64,000 nt of DNA from Takakia lepidozioides (lineage: Eukaryota; Plantae; Bryophyta), in contig CM060734.1 of the NCBI GenBank assembly GCA_030704615.1, positions 26,784,001 to 26,848,000 on the forward strand, read 5' to 3'. Within the stretch, counting starts at the first letter, position 1; each line of letters opens with the position of its first letter. The notes below the pieces were generated by a model, which was not told the origin of the DNA, made no database searches, and saw only the letters and a list, made by a program, of their open reading frames with translations. Made by a program: the position numbers and the translations under genes. This document shows, in pieces, positions 11,501-24,261 of this stretch.

Positions 11501-14280
11501 CACCTGCTGCCCCAAAGGCATGATGCTCCTGCCCACACGGCCTAAAACCCATGTCATTTTCACCCAAAGGCCTCATCAGATTCATCTTGCTTGCTGGACT
11601 TCCATAACTAGCCTGTCCCCTACTTCAGTTAATTCCGTGCTTATTTTTAATATTATGTTATGTCTTGAGGCTGCCAGAAATCTGGCCTTTGTCTTATGGC
11701 TCTCCAGATATTCAACTCTTCACTCCCACTGCCAATACTCACTCATACTGTTCCTTACAATTTCATCTCCTCACCCACCAATTATACTCCAATCCCCACA
11801 ACTTGCCACCCACTCTACCCGGATCTTCTCTACCTCAACACACTCACACCATACCATGCAATCACCACCCCGATTGAACAGATGGTGTACACCACTAACA
11901 TCTACAATTCTTTATCTCGCCACCATGTGGTCAATGCCCCATCTGACACAATCTCCCATCCCCACATCCACCCCCATGGTTAGCTCTCACCATAACACGC
12001 CCCCCACCTTTTCACCATGTATACGCATCCACACACCCCCCCCCACTGCATGCACCAATGCACTACAGATTATAGAAACACCCCCCAACATGCCACATTT
12101 CCCGTTCAGGCCAGTATGGACATCTCCCACTCATCGCGATCTACCACCCAGCCACATACCTGCCGCACCTCTTATCCGCCCAGCCCATACAACCCGACAC
12201 AGTAATCCAACAGGGCATAGACTATACCCTGTCTGCTCTCACGCCATGAGCATTATCCACTATCCCCAATTATCCCACCTCCCAGCAACCCCTCCATCCT
12301 TGCTGTATCACCTTACACCCACCATCCACTCTCTTATCACTTCCCTGCCCCCCCCCAAGTTCCATCCAAGCCACCACCTACGTCACACAACCATTGTCAC
12401 CCTATTAAACACTCCATGCAAACAGCCAGCCCCAGGTCCCTTCTTGTAATTCCCCTTACTGTACCATTCCCAGCAAGTATCCATTAATCAGCTGTCCCCC
12501 CACATTATGCTGCCTATCCAGAGCCCAGACAAACTCTGATACCGCTGCTCCTCACACTCGATGCCATTGGCCTGGATACAGTCCCTTAATGGCTCCACAC
12601 CACATGCCCCAAATCCATAACTTAACCGTCACCCTAATCACTGCCGCCATATCCTCCCTCAATTATCACCAACCTCTCCGAAGCTATACCCCTGTGGCTC
12701 TCAGTATTTATGCAGCCCAAACAGACACAGTATTGCTCACGAACACAACCCCGGCATTGAACACCCCGCCACCAGCCGCCAGAGCTTTACTACTTGTCAC
12801 CACTCCCGCTAAACTGCTCCTCGGTTGCAAACTCTACATATGCCGCTCCTCACTGGAAGCTCCACCCTTACAGCTGGTTCTCCTGCCCACCACCCTCCCG
12901 TCGTCAGTTCTTCCCTCCTCTCCTCGTCCCTCTATATCCCACCCTCTGGCCTCCCAGCCTGTTATCTATCCTCGCACCCACCCACCTGCCTGCATCCCGG
13001 ACGATCAGACAGTGGCATGCGGAGCTGGAGTTTGTCGTAACTGGAGCAATCACGAAACTGGCTTTCTCTCCTCTATCTTACATGTCCTCTCCCTCTACTC
13101 CCCCAGGATCTCTGAAATCCAAACCCAAGTACAAAGCTTCCAAGAAAAAGTTGTTTGCAGATAGCCCAGTCAAGCCCAACCCTATGGAGCCTGTAATCTC
13201 TGCAGCCCTTCCAATCCATAGCCAGGCCTCTATCCCTCCTCTACTGCACAACACCCCTCCAGAAGGTCAACATCAACAAGGTGATCTTCTCATGTCCGAC
13301 ATTACGGACAATGCACTGGTGACCCCTGTCGCTGTTCAAACCAAGGCGATTCCAACATCCTCCAACCAGCGTCCCAAGCGGTCTTCAATCGAGGTCGAGC
13401 CATCGTTCCTGCTTCCTCAAAATCGAAGAAATCACGGAATCACGCAATTGACTTGCCTGAGCAGCATCCTATGGAGGTGACCAGCAACAAGAAGTCCCTA
13501 CACCTATGGTACGGTTACCAAAACATGGAACTATACGCTTACGAGAGCAACACCCCCTGGGTCGTTGAAACACGAACTAAGGAGCAGGTGCTCCTTCTTG
13601 GCATCCCCCCAGCTAAATGCGAAGAGCTCATCCACTGCAAAAAGGCTTTCCCACGAGTCCCTCAGAGATTGTACCCGGCCTCTCGTCCTGATGGGGTCAG
13701 CGGACAGTTCCTCCATCTCACGCAATTACCTACAGGTACGATTATCAACGACGAAACTGGTTTGCCTACCAATCCACACCATATCATGATACGCTTTGAT
13801 ACCCTCGTCGAGTTGCACAAGGACTTGATCCACGACAGGGCATCTAAGCGCTTCCTAGACATGAACATCCCGTTAGGCAAGGTACTTTTCTCCCCAATTG
13901 CTGTCTACTCTAAAGCCCCCAACTCATAAAAGGGGAGATGGGGGCCCATCCACGCCCCTCAGGGCATTCTCAATTGCATCCTTGCTTCTAGGGGCCGGGG
14001 CATGTGCTGTTGGTGGTGCGCTTCATGCTAGCGGAATTCGAGAGGTTAGTGCCTGTAAGGTGCCAGTTTTTTCGGCGAATCTTGAATCTGTAGTAATCAA
14101 TCTGTTGGATGTGAGGGGTTTTAAATAGAGACAAGGGCTGCATGTCTATAGCTCCTTCAATAGTCGGTTCCTCTTGAGTATGAGATGGGAGAGATACTAA
14201 ATTGATGGCTGTGAATGTTGTGACATTACTTAGGGCACATTCTCTGTGGGCTAACAAGCCTCCTGGAGCAGGTTATAGGG
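8600..14280 (+). mobile_element. Decayed C-rich unclassified element (possibly non-LTR retroelement ORF1-like)
   Basis: Strongly C-rich, G-poor plus strand with broken Pro/Ser/Thr/His-rich frames, ending in a globular-looking ORF (13453-13929). No RT or endonuclease motif is recognised. Confidence 0.3.
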
Positions 14281-16045
14281 TTCTAATTGACCAAAAACTG
14301 AGCCTGAACTTGCAGTAGTGTGTTTGTGAGTGTATGTAGACATGTCGCACTCGTCTGGAGAGAGAGTGAGGAAGCAAGAGATTGTATTATGTCCTCCAAA
14401 AGAATGTACTCATAAGACGACGTTTGCCATTGACCTTTGAGCGGAATACAAAGGGACAGAAACTACCTTTGTCAGCGGCTGAAGCCGGGGTAGTATGACT
14501 TACCTTGGAACAGACAATTAATCCGAGTTTTCCAGATATCCTCTAGAAATCCCTTCCCACAAGCATCAATCTGCTGTGTGTGGTTACGTCCTGGTGAAGT
14601 TATTTTGAAAACTCTCACTACTGGAAAGCCTTCTGGAAATGTTTTGCCCCCTCTGCTGTTCCCCTCACCCCACTTTTTTCTGCTCAGTCCAAACAGGGTG
14701 CAGGGATTGTGGCCACAAGGCTGTGGGATGAGAACAAGTTCATAAACACTCTTCTCTCTTTCTCCTGTTCTATCATTTCCTATTTGTCCAACATTATGTT
14801 CAACTTGCAGGGTACCAGGAACAGGGCTAGAGTTGTAGTGCTGATGTCCTTGACATGCATCCTACTAGAATGTCACTGCTGGAGGCCATAAATTCTCAAC
14901 ATTGTTGTCTTCTTTCTGACTAGTGTATCTCATTGTGGTGGAGGCAGGTAAATGATTTGATGAGCGGGGGTCAAAAGATTCGATGTGCTCTTGGCAAATC
15001 TTCCCGCAACCAGTCATAATCTTTTCTCTTTCCTTCTTTTTGCCTGTTCCTCTCCCTCTCTCTCTCTTTCTCTCTCTCTCTGATATTTGTTTCCGCTCAA
15101 ACTGGGCGCGGGGTCAATGGCCACAAGGCTACGGCAAACAACGTCTTATGAGTACATTCTCTCTGATATTTCTGGGCTGGTTTTCACATCTTACTTTGAG
15201 ACTAATATCCATATTTGACTGGTGAAATGCCCATTATAGGTGTCGGCACTTTCTGATGGAAGTTCAGCCCATGATCTTACTAGGCTTGACTTATCTCAGG
15301 GACTGCATTGCTAAAGAATTATTACAGCACGTCTATTTTGGTGAGCTATGGCAGAATTCTAAGCTTGACAACTAACTGCATTCTGAAGATCTGTCTCCTG
15401 TAATATTTGCTGCTTTGGTATGTCAACCCTCTCAAACTTCTGAGCCTACCTCCACCACCTCTCTCCTAATCTTCTCACTTTTAATTGGAAGGTAGCTTGA
15501 TTGTTGCTCACAACAGCAGTTGACATTGATGAATGATATCTAAATAATTTATCCAAATTGTTAATTGATTACTCCTGCATTGCATCTCTCAAACAGCTGA
15601 CCTTGCTGTTTGACCCAGCACCTCTAAGAACCTCCTCCCAGTATATGTTGAAACACAGAAAACCTCTTGCCAGTGTACTAATCTGATCAGACAGGCTCAT
15701 TACAGACAAACAGACTCAGTTGAAACACGAAGAGCTTCCTCAGAAGATATCTTCCTCAACATTTCTCAAATATTTGGATTTCTCAATTGATCACAAGCTG
15801 TTGGTAGAACATTGAACCTATTTGAGGTGGCAAAGAAGAGAAACTATATATGGCCCAAGGAAAGCTCACAGAGTTTAAGGGACAGAAGAAAAGCAACAAA
15901 CAAGGAAAAAAGTGGGGCCCTGAGAAGGATAGAACTCTACTCAAAAACTCCCTTTGTGGATATACCTAGTGACACTAAGCAGAGGTACCTCATTGTTGGA
16001 TTATGATGCTCTGCCCCAGCGATTGTAGTGTTCCATGGAAGTTTT

Positions 16046-16288
16046 TGGATCTGCCCATTCAGCTCTGAAATTTTGATGATCAATTCTTATGCAACTTCTC
16101 ATGTTGACAAGGCCCATGGGCCTAGAGATAAAACACTCCCTCCCCTCCCCCCTTGGAGAGAGAGAACAACCAATTACAGACAAGGGGAGGGAGTGTTTTA
16201 TCTCGAGGCCCATCGGCCTTGTCACTATGAGAAGTTGCATAAAAATTGCTCATCAAAATTAATTCACAGAGCTGAATGGGGAAATCCA
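16046..16288. mobile_element. Foldback/MITE-like inverted repeat
   Basis: ~100-bp imperfect arms (ttatgcaacttctcat..gagataaaacactccctccc / gggagggagtgttttatctc..atgagaagttgcataa) around a ~40-bp spacer. Confidence 0.75.
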
Positions 16289-17007
16289 GGTTTATAAACA
16301 GTTTCGGAAGCCTAATGCCATTCCATACCAGAACATACATATCTTGCTACAAAAGATCAGACTCCAAACATTGCGTGTAAGGGAAAAGATTCCCCCAGTA
16401 CTCTTGCAAAGCATTAAACACAACAGCTTTTTCCATTTATAAATTGGGAGGACCATTGCATTACCATTGCTGCTCCCACAAAGATGTGCAAGATACATAT
16501 TTCCACTTCCAACAAAAATTGCAGGCCTCCAAGGTCAGCACTCTGGCTATGATCTAGTACATGCAAATCCATCAAAGCAAAACTTGACAAACTGCTGGCT
16601 CTCCTTTTGATTGTAAAACATGACTATGCATTAAATTCAACGTTCACCAACTCTGAAACCCTAGGCCCTCTTTGAGACGATGGGTTGAGGCCTCAAATCT
16701 CAGGAGAGGGAGATGAGTGGGTGCACGCAAACCCATCACCATGCAAACTGTACCGAAATTGGAACGACAACACCAAGAAGAGGGGCCAGCCTTACTTCTT
16801 CTGCAAGATTGATGTAGAAGTGCTCATTTCATGATAAGGTCAGTCTGTATATCAACCCCTAAATTGCAAGACATGGCACCTTTGTAGTTGTATTGCCAAA
16901 TGTAGATTTGAGATCGTTGGCATCGCAAGTATTTATATATGTGACCAAAGGGTCTGACCAGCAGTCAGGGAATGGATGTGATGGTCTTATCATGGGGTGC
17001 TTGACAG

Positions 17008-17107
17008 AGGCACATTCATAGAGTTCCGAATGGGCATGCTCAATGTGTCCCCAATAGGCCGCAACTGCAGTCAAGAGGAGCGCGATGAGTTTGAGCGCTA
17101 TGACAAG
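17008..17107 (+). pseudogene. PMM: Isolated phosphomannomutase exon
   Basis: cag|a [33 protein letters not shown] |gtaaac. This matches the conserved eukaryotic PMM segment, with intact splice sites. No other PMM exon was recognised in the window. Confidence 0.85.
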
Positions 17108-19352
17108 GTAAACTAGCCAAAAGAAGAGAGGGCTCAGGAACCGAGATAACCTTCATGATGTCCACAGTGGCTCCAGCAGGCCCATGTGAGAAAGTAGAAC
17201 AACAAGAAAACATGTAAAGGGCCCATGGGAAAAAGTAGGACAAGAAGTAACTACTTTAGGAAACATAAAGCGCCATCCAAACGCAGGTAGGCTGGCGGGC
17301 ACTTGTTGCAAGACAGGAGAAAAAAAATGATTAATTACTTCCCTGGTAGAGAGAGAGGGAAATGAAATGGTGCTTTACAACGTCCGCGGAGAGAGAGAGA
17401 AAAAAAAATCTGCTGCCTGTGAAATTCATTGGTGATGTCTTCTTTGGGGCATGGTACTGTTGCGGACAACCTTGGAACCAGCTGTGACAAGTGTAGCTTC
17501 GTTAAGGGTATCTTGTCGGCAAATGGTCTTTATTTTCCAAACACTAGTAGGGCCTGAGCCATAGTTTGCTAGTGTCTAATGCCCTAGATAATTGTAAGCA
17601 TGGCTCCCCCCTTAACCCAATCAGGATTCTTGAAATGGTTCCTTTCGTGCTGGTGAGACGATGTATATCCCGCCGAGTCCTGGTATTAAGGTTAGTGCTA
17701 TTTGCTAGTGGAAATTGGCATCAGTACCTGTCTCTTCCTGTCTCTTTGTTGGAAAGTGCCGTTACAAGTTGTTACAGAGTTGCAGCTTCAACATTCTAAC
17801 AGACACAACTCTTCGTATGCGATACAAAAAATCACGTACCCATTGGTTGTGTACCCATTGGACTATCTACTCAGTTGTGTAGCTATAAAGAGAGCTGTGT
17901 CTCTCACAAGTAGAACACATAGAGACAGAGACAAAGAGAGGGATGGGGATATATTTAGTATGAGAGACTTTCTATATGATCAATAAAAGTATGTAATTGT
18001 TGTTATAAATGATCTAGGTTCTGCATCGAATGCTCCACTCTTCATAGGTAGAACCATTAAATCTATCATTTTCTCTCAAGTCAGGGGTATACTGACTATA
18101 TGTAATGGCTTGAGCATTCAAACCACCACTAGTAGTACCTGAAGCACTACTTGTACCAGCAGGGCCACTTGCATTTGTGTTAGCTGTTGACATTATGTTG
18201 ACTCTTCTCTAATTCTTAGTGGACTCTCATGTGTCTCAATGTGACAACCTTGTCAAGGTGGCCCTGATACCATGTGAAAATTGTACATATAATTTGCTCT
18301 CCGATAGGGATGATGATACTGAAGCATCGGTTTCATGGTGCACTGCCTTGCAAATGCAATGGTATCCTCCTTCATCAATGGCGAATTTGTGACTGCTCGC
18401 TTCACATTGGAAGCGAATATATGATGGTTATGTGACAGAATGGCTTTCAAAACCACATATAGGGTGCCCGATATGTTATATACACTATGGGAATCCAAAT
18501 GGTTTGCTTTGAAGGGAGTGACCTGGCCGCGCATATATAGTATCTGTTTTGTTTTTGCTGAATTAACTATCTTGGCCGCGTGGTCCAAGGAGGCGAACCA
18601 GAAGGAGACGGGTGGCAAGCGGCCACTGCATAGGAGTGGCCCAATACAATTATAGTGGCTGCAGCGATCTAGGTTTGTGGGTGAAGGCTCGCACACTACT
18701 TAGGCCAAGCGGCAAGATCTGACTGGCTATGGTGGAAGTTGACATCTTGGGTAAGCTTCGATCCCAGAACAGCAACTAGGTTTGAGGAATCACGTACTAC
18801 AGAATCCAACAGATTGTCAGATTGTTGGGGATGCATGCCGAGTTGTTTAACTGCAATAGGTTGTGGGGTTTTAACTTTGAATTGCACACCATGGAGTGGA
18901 TCGAGGGCAGCTGTGAAGGAGCTGCGAGGGTCAGGGAATGGATTGAATCTGGTGAATGCGGATAGAGCTCTGTAGATCGTTTGGGTCGTTCAATCGTACA
19001 GCAGGGGCTCTCACAATAATCTGGGAGAACAGTCATGGGGTGAATGAATTCACATGCTCTGTGGAGCAACGACAGTCACATGTGGATGCCATTGTTATAT
19101 TAGGGTTTGGTCAGTGGAAGGAGGCTGTTTACTTCTGCATGCTGAATTTGCTGGAGTCTTAGTCATTTTTTGCTGCAGCACTATCCTGCATTTTTCAGTG
19201 CTTCCAAGACTCCCAGTCTGGGCGTCATGGGACCATTAGCTCGCTTTACATGGACCACAGGATGACAGCACCATTGTCAATTCGACGGGATTCTCAGTAG
19301 CTTGTATCTTAGGGATCAGATACATGTGGTGTTTCTCACTAGGTTTGCCATC

Positions 19353-22300
19353 ATGACAGACTTGAAAACACGGCTGCTACCTCCACGACCTCTCCCTGCG
19401 GGTCCCTCAGAGGTTGCAATTCGCCAATCTATTCCTGGCAGACCCCTTTTCCAAGGCATGGATGTATCTGGTTTGAAAAAGAGAGGACAGGGAGTCCGCT
19501 CGTGGATACGGATAGATACTGCTGGGAATACACAGGTTCTAGAGGTAGATAAAGTCACCATAATGCGGCGCTGTGATTTGCCAGCTCGGGACTTGCGCCT
19601 TTTGGACCCACTCTTTGTGTATCCCTCTACAATTCTTGGCCGAGAGAGGGCAATTGTGGTGAATTTGGAGCAAATTCGTTGCATTATCACTGCAGACGAA
19701 GTGCTCTTGTTGAATTCGCTGGACAATTACGTTCTACAATATGTGGCTGAGCTGCAGCGGCGACTTGTCGTAAGGAATGCGTCAGATATCGCAGGGTTTA
19801 AATGGAGATCGCCAGGAGCGCAACTAGTCGACGGGCATCATCGTAGCATGGATGCTTTGCAAGGGGACATGCAAGAGGACCGCAAGCGTGTAGTGAATGA
19901 TGCGGACATGTTTAGTGGGTCGTCTGCTGACTACCTCCCATTTGAATTCCGGGCTCTTGAAGGTGCTTTGGAGGCTGCATGTACTTTCCTGGACACACAG
20001 GTGTGTCCCTTCCCTTTCTCCATGTTTTCCCCCTTTCGCTCCCCTGTCCTCAACAAACAAAACTTGCCATCTGATTGGATATTTTGGCAATGAGTGGTTA
20101 GAATATAAATCAGGTAGAATTTGAAAGCCCTTCTGTTCGTAGGAGAAAGCTATAACCCTAGCGCCCGAAGAACAGTGTGATCCTTTCGTGATGAATCACT
20201 CCGTCTTTCCCTGTTTACCTCAAGAAGCCTTTGGCCACCTTAATAAACATGCAAGGCCTTAATGAGACGATTTGAAGTCCTTCATCCAGCAAAAACAAAT
20301 CAAAGATAGTAGACCGCATGCCGCAAAGACAGTAAGTACACTTTATCCGGTGGCTACAATTCAGGTGGTGTCCACCAGTTGCCTCTTCCCAGATTCTTGT
20401 CACTGAAGTTAATTTGCATGTAGCACATCACTTTGTATAATTAAGACAAGTGGATCATTTAACCTGGTCTGCTTCAATGAAGGCAACGGAGTAGCTTTCT
20501 GCCATGTCTCCAATGTGGAGCACATACGTGGTTCCACTTTTGGGGCTACATGCCTGTCCAGGTTAGTGCTGGTTGGCTTCAGAAATGCTGAGGTGACAGC
20601 ATTCATTCTCCATAGAGAGAAATGCAGTAATGACTATATCAGGAACTTGCAGCTATGCAGACTGTAGCTAACCGAATGAGGCAAAAAATTAGGTTAGAAA
20701 AGGGGGGGGGTGGAGATGAGACGATTAGGGAGGAGAACGGGGGTTTAAGAGAAATAAAGGATGTTTTATTCACGGGGTACGAAAGAAAGTGTCATGTGTG
20801 CTGAAACCTGTTCTTGTGGTTGTGGGTCTGCTTATGGAGAATGGCAGGCAACAGAGTTGGAGGAGGAGGCCTACCCAGTGCTGGATGAGCTGACATCCAA
20901 AATTAGTACCCTTAATTTGGAGCGGGTTCGGCGTCTCAAGAGCCGTCTTGTGGCATTGACGCGACGTGTGCAAAAGGCCAGTCTCCCTCTCTCACACAGA
21001 AAGAGAAAACCATTAAGGCTGCTGGTTGCTAGGCTGAGGGTTTAAGGCTATGCTAACCAACCGAGTACATCAGCATCTCAAAATACTTGCACAAGCAAGA
21101 AGATGTGAGGAAGAAGGGTTTTTCCTCAATGTTTGTTGTTGGGTTGGTTACGCAGGTGCGCGATGAGATTGAGCAGCTCATGGACGACGATGGTGATATG
21201 GCAGAGATGTATCTTACTGAGAAGAAAGAGCGGATGAATGTCCCCTATTTGGAGAGACAAACTTCCTATGTGAACTACAGTGCCATGGGCGCTGGGGGTT
21301 CAATGTCGGCACCAGTCTCTCCGGTCTGTTCGCCCACTATGGGTGGCCGTGGCCCTTTGGAAACACCTTTGGAAAGGTCGTACAGCCTTGCAAGGTCTCG
21401 ACATGAGAGCCGAGTTAGCTCGCAGGCAGAGGAAGATAGAGTGGAGGAGCTTGAGATGTTGCTGGAGGCCTACTTTGTGGTGATAGATGGCACCCTCAAC
21501 AAGCTGACTTCAGTATGTTTCTTAATCGTCCTTTTTTCATTCGTCTATCCAGTCGTCTGTCCAAACGTGTGTGCATTCGTGGTTTTCCCTTCAGATCATT
21601 TCATTTGCTCTGACTAACCTTGTGAGCTGCCTGGTATTGAATGTTGTGTTATGGCAGAACGGCAGCAAAGTGCGGACTAAGGTGGCTTATAGGGTTTGGT
21701 GGTTAGGCCCACCCTGAAAGGGGCAGTAGCGGAAAGGCAAAGTGGCTCTTAGTTACGCGCCAGAGTCTTCTCTCCCTCTCTCTGTTTGGTGGATGTAAAC
21801 ACCCCATTATGCATAGTCTAAGGGCATTAAAGGAGGTCTTTGAGAATTTTTCCGTTTGGATACTTCAGCTGTGAGCTCCCTTGTGACATACTCATTAAGC
21901 AAGAGCTGGAGGTACTCCATGGCAAGCAAAAATCAGCGACACCCCTCACTACCAAGTTACAGCTCCATTGAGACACCTTTCTCATCCTCTGTGAGGCTAG
22001 AACCGTATAGTCCAGTTACTTCTGTGCACCTCTCTGGGAGTTGGTGTATGGGCTCATGTAGCCTGAGGATGAGACTTGCAGATGGTAAAAGATGCAGCAC
22101 ACTGGACACCTTTGGTCTGCTTGCGCTAGCGGGAGATTGAGGTTGAAGAACATTACTTCTACTACATTTCCCTATTTAAGAGGCAGCCAATGGACAGAGG
22201 TGTTCAATTTGTACCAGGATCAGAGATGCCTTTCTGCGTACCTACATGAGCCTCTACACCTTGAAGGATCTCCTGACAGTGGATTGCAGTTTTCTGGTTG

Positions 22301-23810
22301 TGGTGTCTGGTTTCTGGGGCCTTTGTCCCATAAGCTCTTTGAGCTTCCTGTGGACATTACTTTGTCTCTTTCTTTGGTTTCTGTAGGCCTACTGTTTGTT
22401 TTCTCTGATTGTACCGTGTTGTTTTCTATTGTGTCCTAAGGGCCTCCGGTGGATGTAGTTTTTCTTCCTCTTTGATAGCTTCTCTTCATTTGCTCTTTAG
22501 TCCTTGAAAGTTTGTCCTCTTTCCCCTCAGCCCTTCCCTTCCCTCTCTCCCAATCTTTCTGAACCCTGGCTTCTACCTCAGGCATCCAGGCCTGCGCCAT
22601 CTGGAATTGTGTTGCTGTGATCCCAGGCAGCCAGGCATGCTGCAATTGCTGTACCCTGTAGAAGTGTGTACCCATTTATTAATACTTATCTTCATTGGAG
22701 TGTCTCAGACATTGTCTATGTTCAAGATGGTGGAAGGACGGAATTAGTTATCAAACTATGGGCTTTCATAGATGTGAGAGGCCCTCCACACAACCTAGGT
22801 TTGAGAAATCAGAGAGCTCCACATATAGGGGCCCAGCAGACACCCCAAGACATGCAGTGTTTTAGCAGCTGCTGGACCTCTCTCCGGGTAATCCAATTCC
22901 AGGGTAGGCAGGCTATTAAAAGGAGAACAGAACTCTTCGCGGGGGATCTCGGGTTCTGCTTGTGGCTGATCGAACATGGTTACTTCTGACAATTGAGTAA
23001 ACGCTTGTGTTTCAAGATGTTTCTACATGATATTTCTTGGGTTAATACGTCGACTGTAATTGTCACTCTTACTGGAAATATTACCAAGGTTTGGGGTTCA
23101 TTGATCATCCAACAGCATGGCTTGTGTTTATCAGTGCAATCATGCTGTAGTCCATGCAAACAGTTGAGCTGACTTAGATAGACTAAACTCTTTGTTTGGG
23201 GACTGAATTTTACAACAGGGTCCCCTTTCTTTGGTGGGAAGTGTAAAGTGATCGGTGACATTGAGTCTGTCCCTGTTTGTCTCTCTCCTGCTCTTGTATT
23301 CCAAATCTAATTTTAATTTAGCTTGTGGGACCTCTGGCACCTTTTAGTAGCTTCTTGTATGGTTGGGAGGAAGTCAATGTTGAGAGTATGTCCTGACACA
23401 GGAGTTTTTTTGGTGGATGCAGTTGAAAGAGTACATTGATGACACTGAAGACTTCATCAACATCCAACTGGTAAGAATTTGGTGCCATTTTGATCTCTGT
23501 TGTTTGTAAGCATGGTTTTAGGGTAGAGAAGGGAGGTGGAAAGACCTGACTATTGGCTGTTGGTTCATCTTTTGTCCAGGACAATGTGAGAAACCAGTTG
23601 ATACAGTTTGAGCTATTGCTGACGACGGCTACGTTTGTAGTGGCCATTTTTGGTGTGGTGGCGGGCATATTTGGCATGAATATTCCTATCGCCTTGTTTG
23701 ATGAGCCATGGGTATTTAAGTGGGTCTTGATCATTGCAGGAGTGGCAGGCCTTTTTATCTTTTTAGCCTTCCTGTGGTTCTTCCGGCAGAAACGCTTGTT
23801 GCCCTTGTAA
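19353..23810 (+). CDS. MRS2: MRS2/MGT (CorA-family) magnesium transporter, 5 coding exons: 19353-20000, 20848-20976, 21156-21512, 23423-23470, 23580-23810 (~470 aa)
   Basis: Motifs: LPARDLRLLDP..ILGRERAIVVNLE, LPFEFRALE, VQK|VRDEIEQLMDDDGDMAEMYL, ELEMLLEAYF, EYIDDTEDFINIQLD..RNQLIQFEL, and the GMN motif between two hydrophobic segments. All exons join in phase 0. Confidence 0.95.
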
Positions 23811-24261
23811 CTCATCGTTCATCAATGTTGCAGTTAGTAATAATGGAAGCAGAAAGTAGCTTTGTAGTTTTGCGTTTCTGGATCAGGGTGGGTGCCTAGT
23901 GTCATTTGTTTTGTACATACAATTGAAGATGTGTTGGGTTAATTTGACCCATGACTTTTGCCTCGACGAGTTCTCAACTTGGTTTGAACCAGTGTAGGAT
24001 TCTGCCACTTTGTAGTCAGAAGGGGATTCAGGCATGTCCTCCCCATTGAATATTCTTGTCTTGCATCAAAACCTTATCCAGCTGTCACAAGGAGGTTGAG
24101 CCTAAATCATCTGTAACTGACTGTGAAGCTGACTTTGGTAGATTCATGAGTGTCATATCTTTTTTCTGTGTGTTTTTAGGGCAATCGCCATGTTTTGGTG
24201 AAAAATGGATAAAGATGGGCTCTATCTATACCCCGTCAGGGTTGGGATGGTGAGTGAATGT

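Noticed and set aside
21850-22690. Nested gene in MRS2 intron 3
   Set aside because: Only short ORFs without motifs; possibly a TE remnant, but unsupported.
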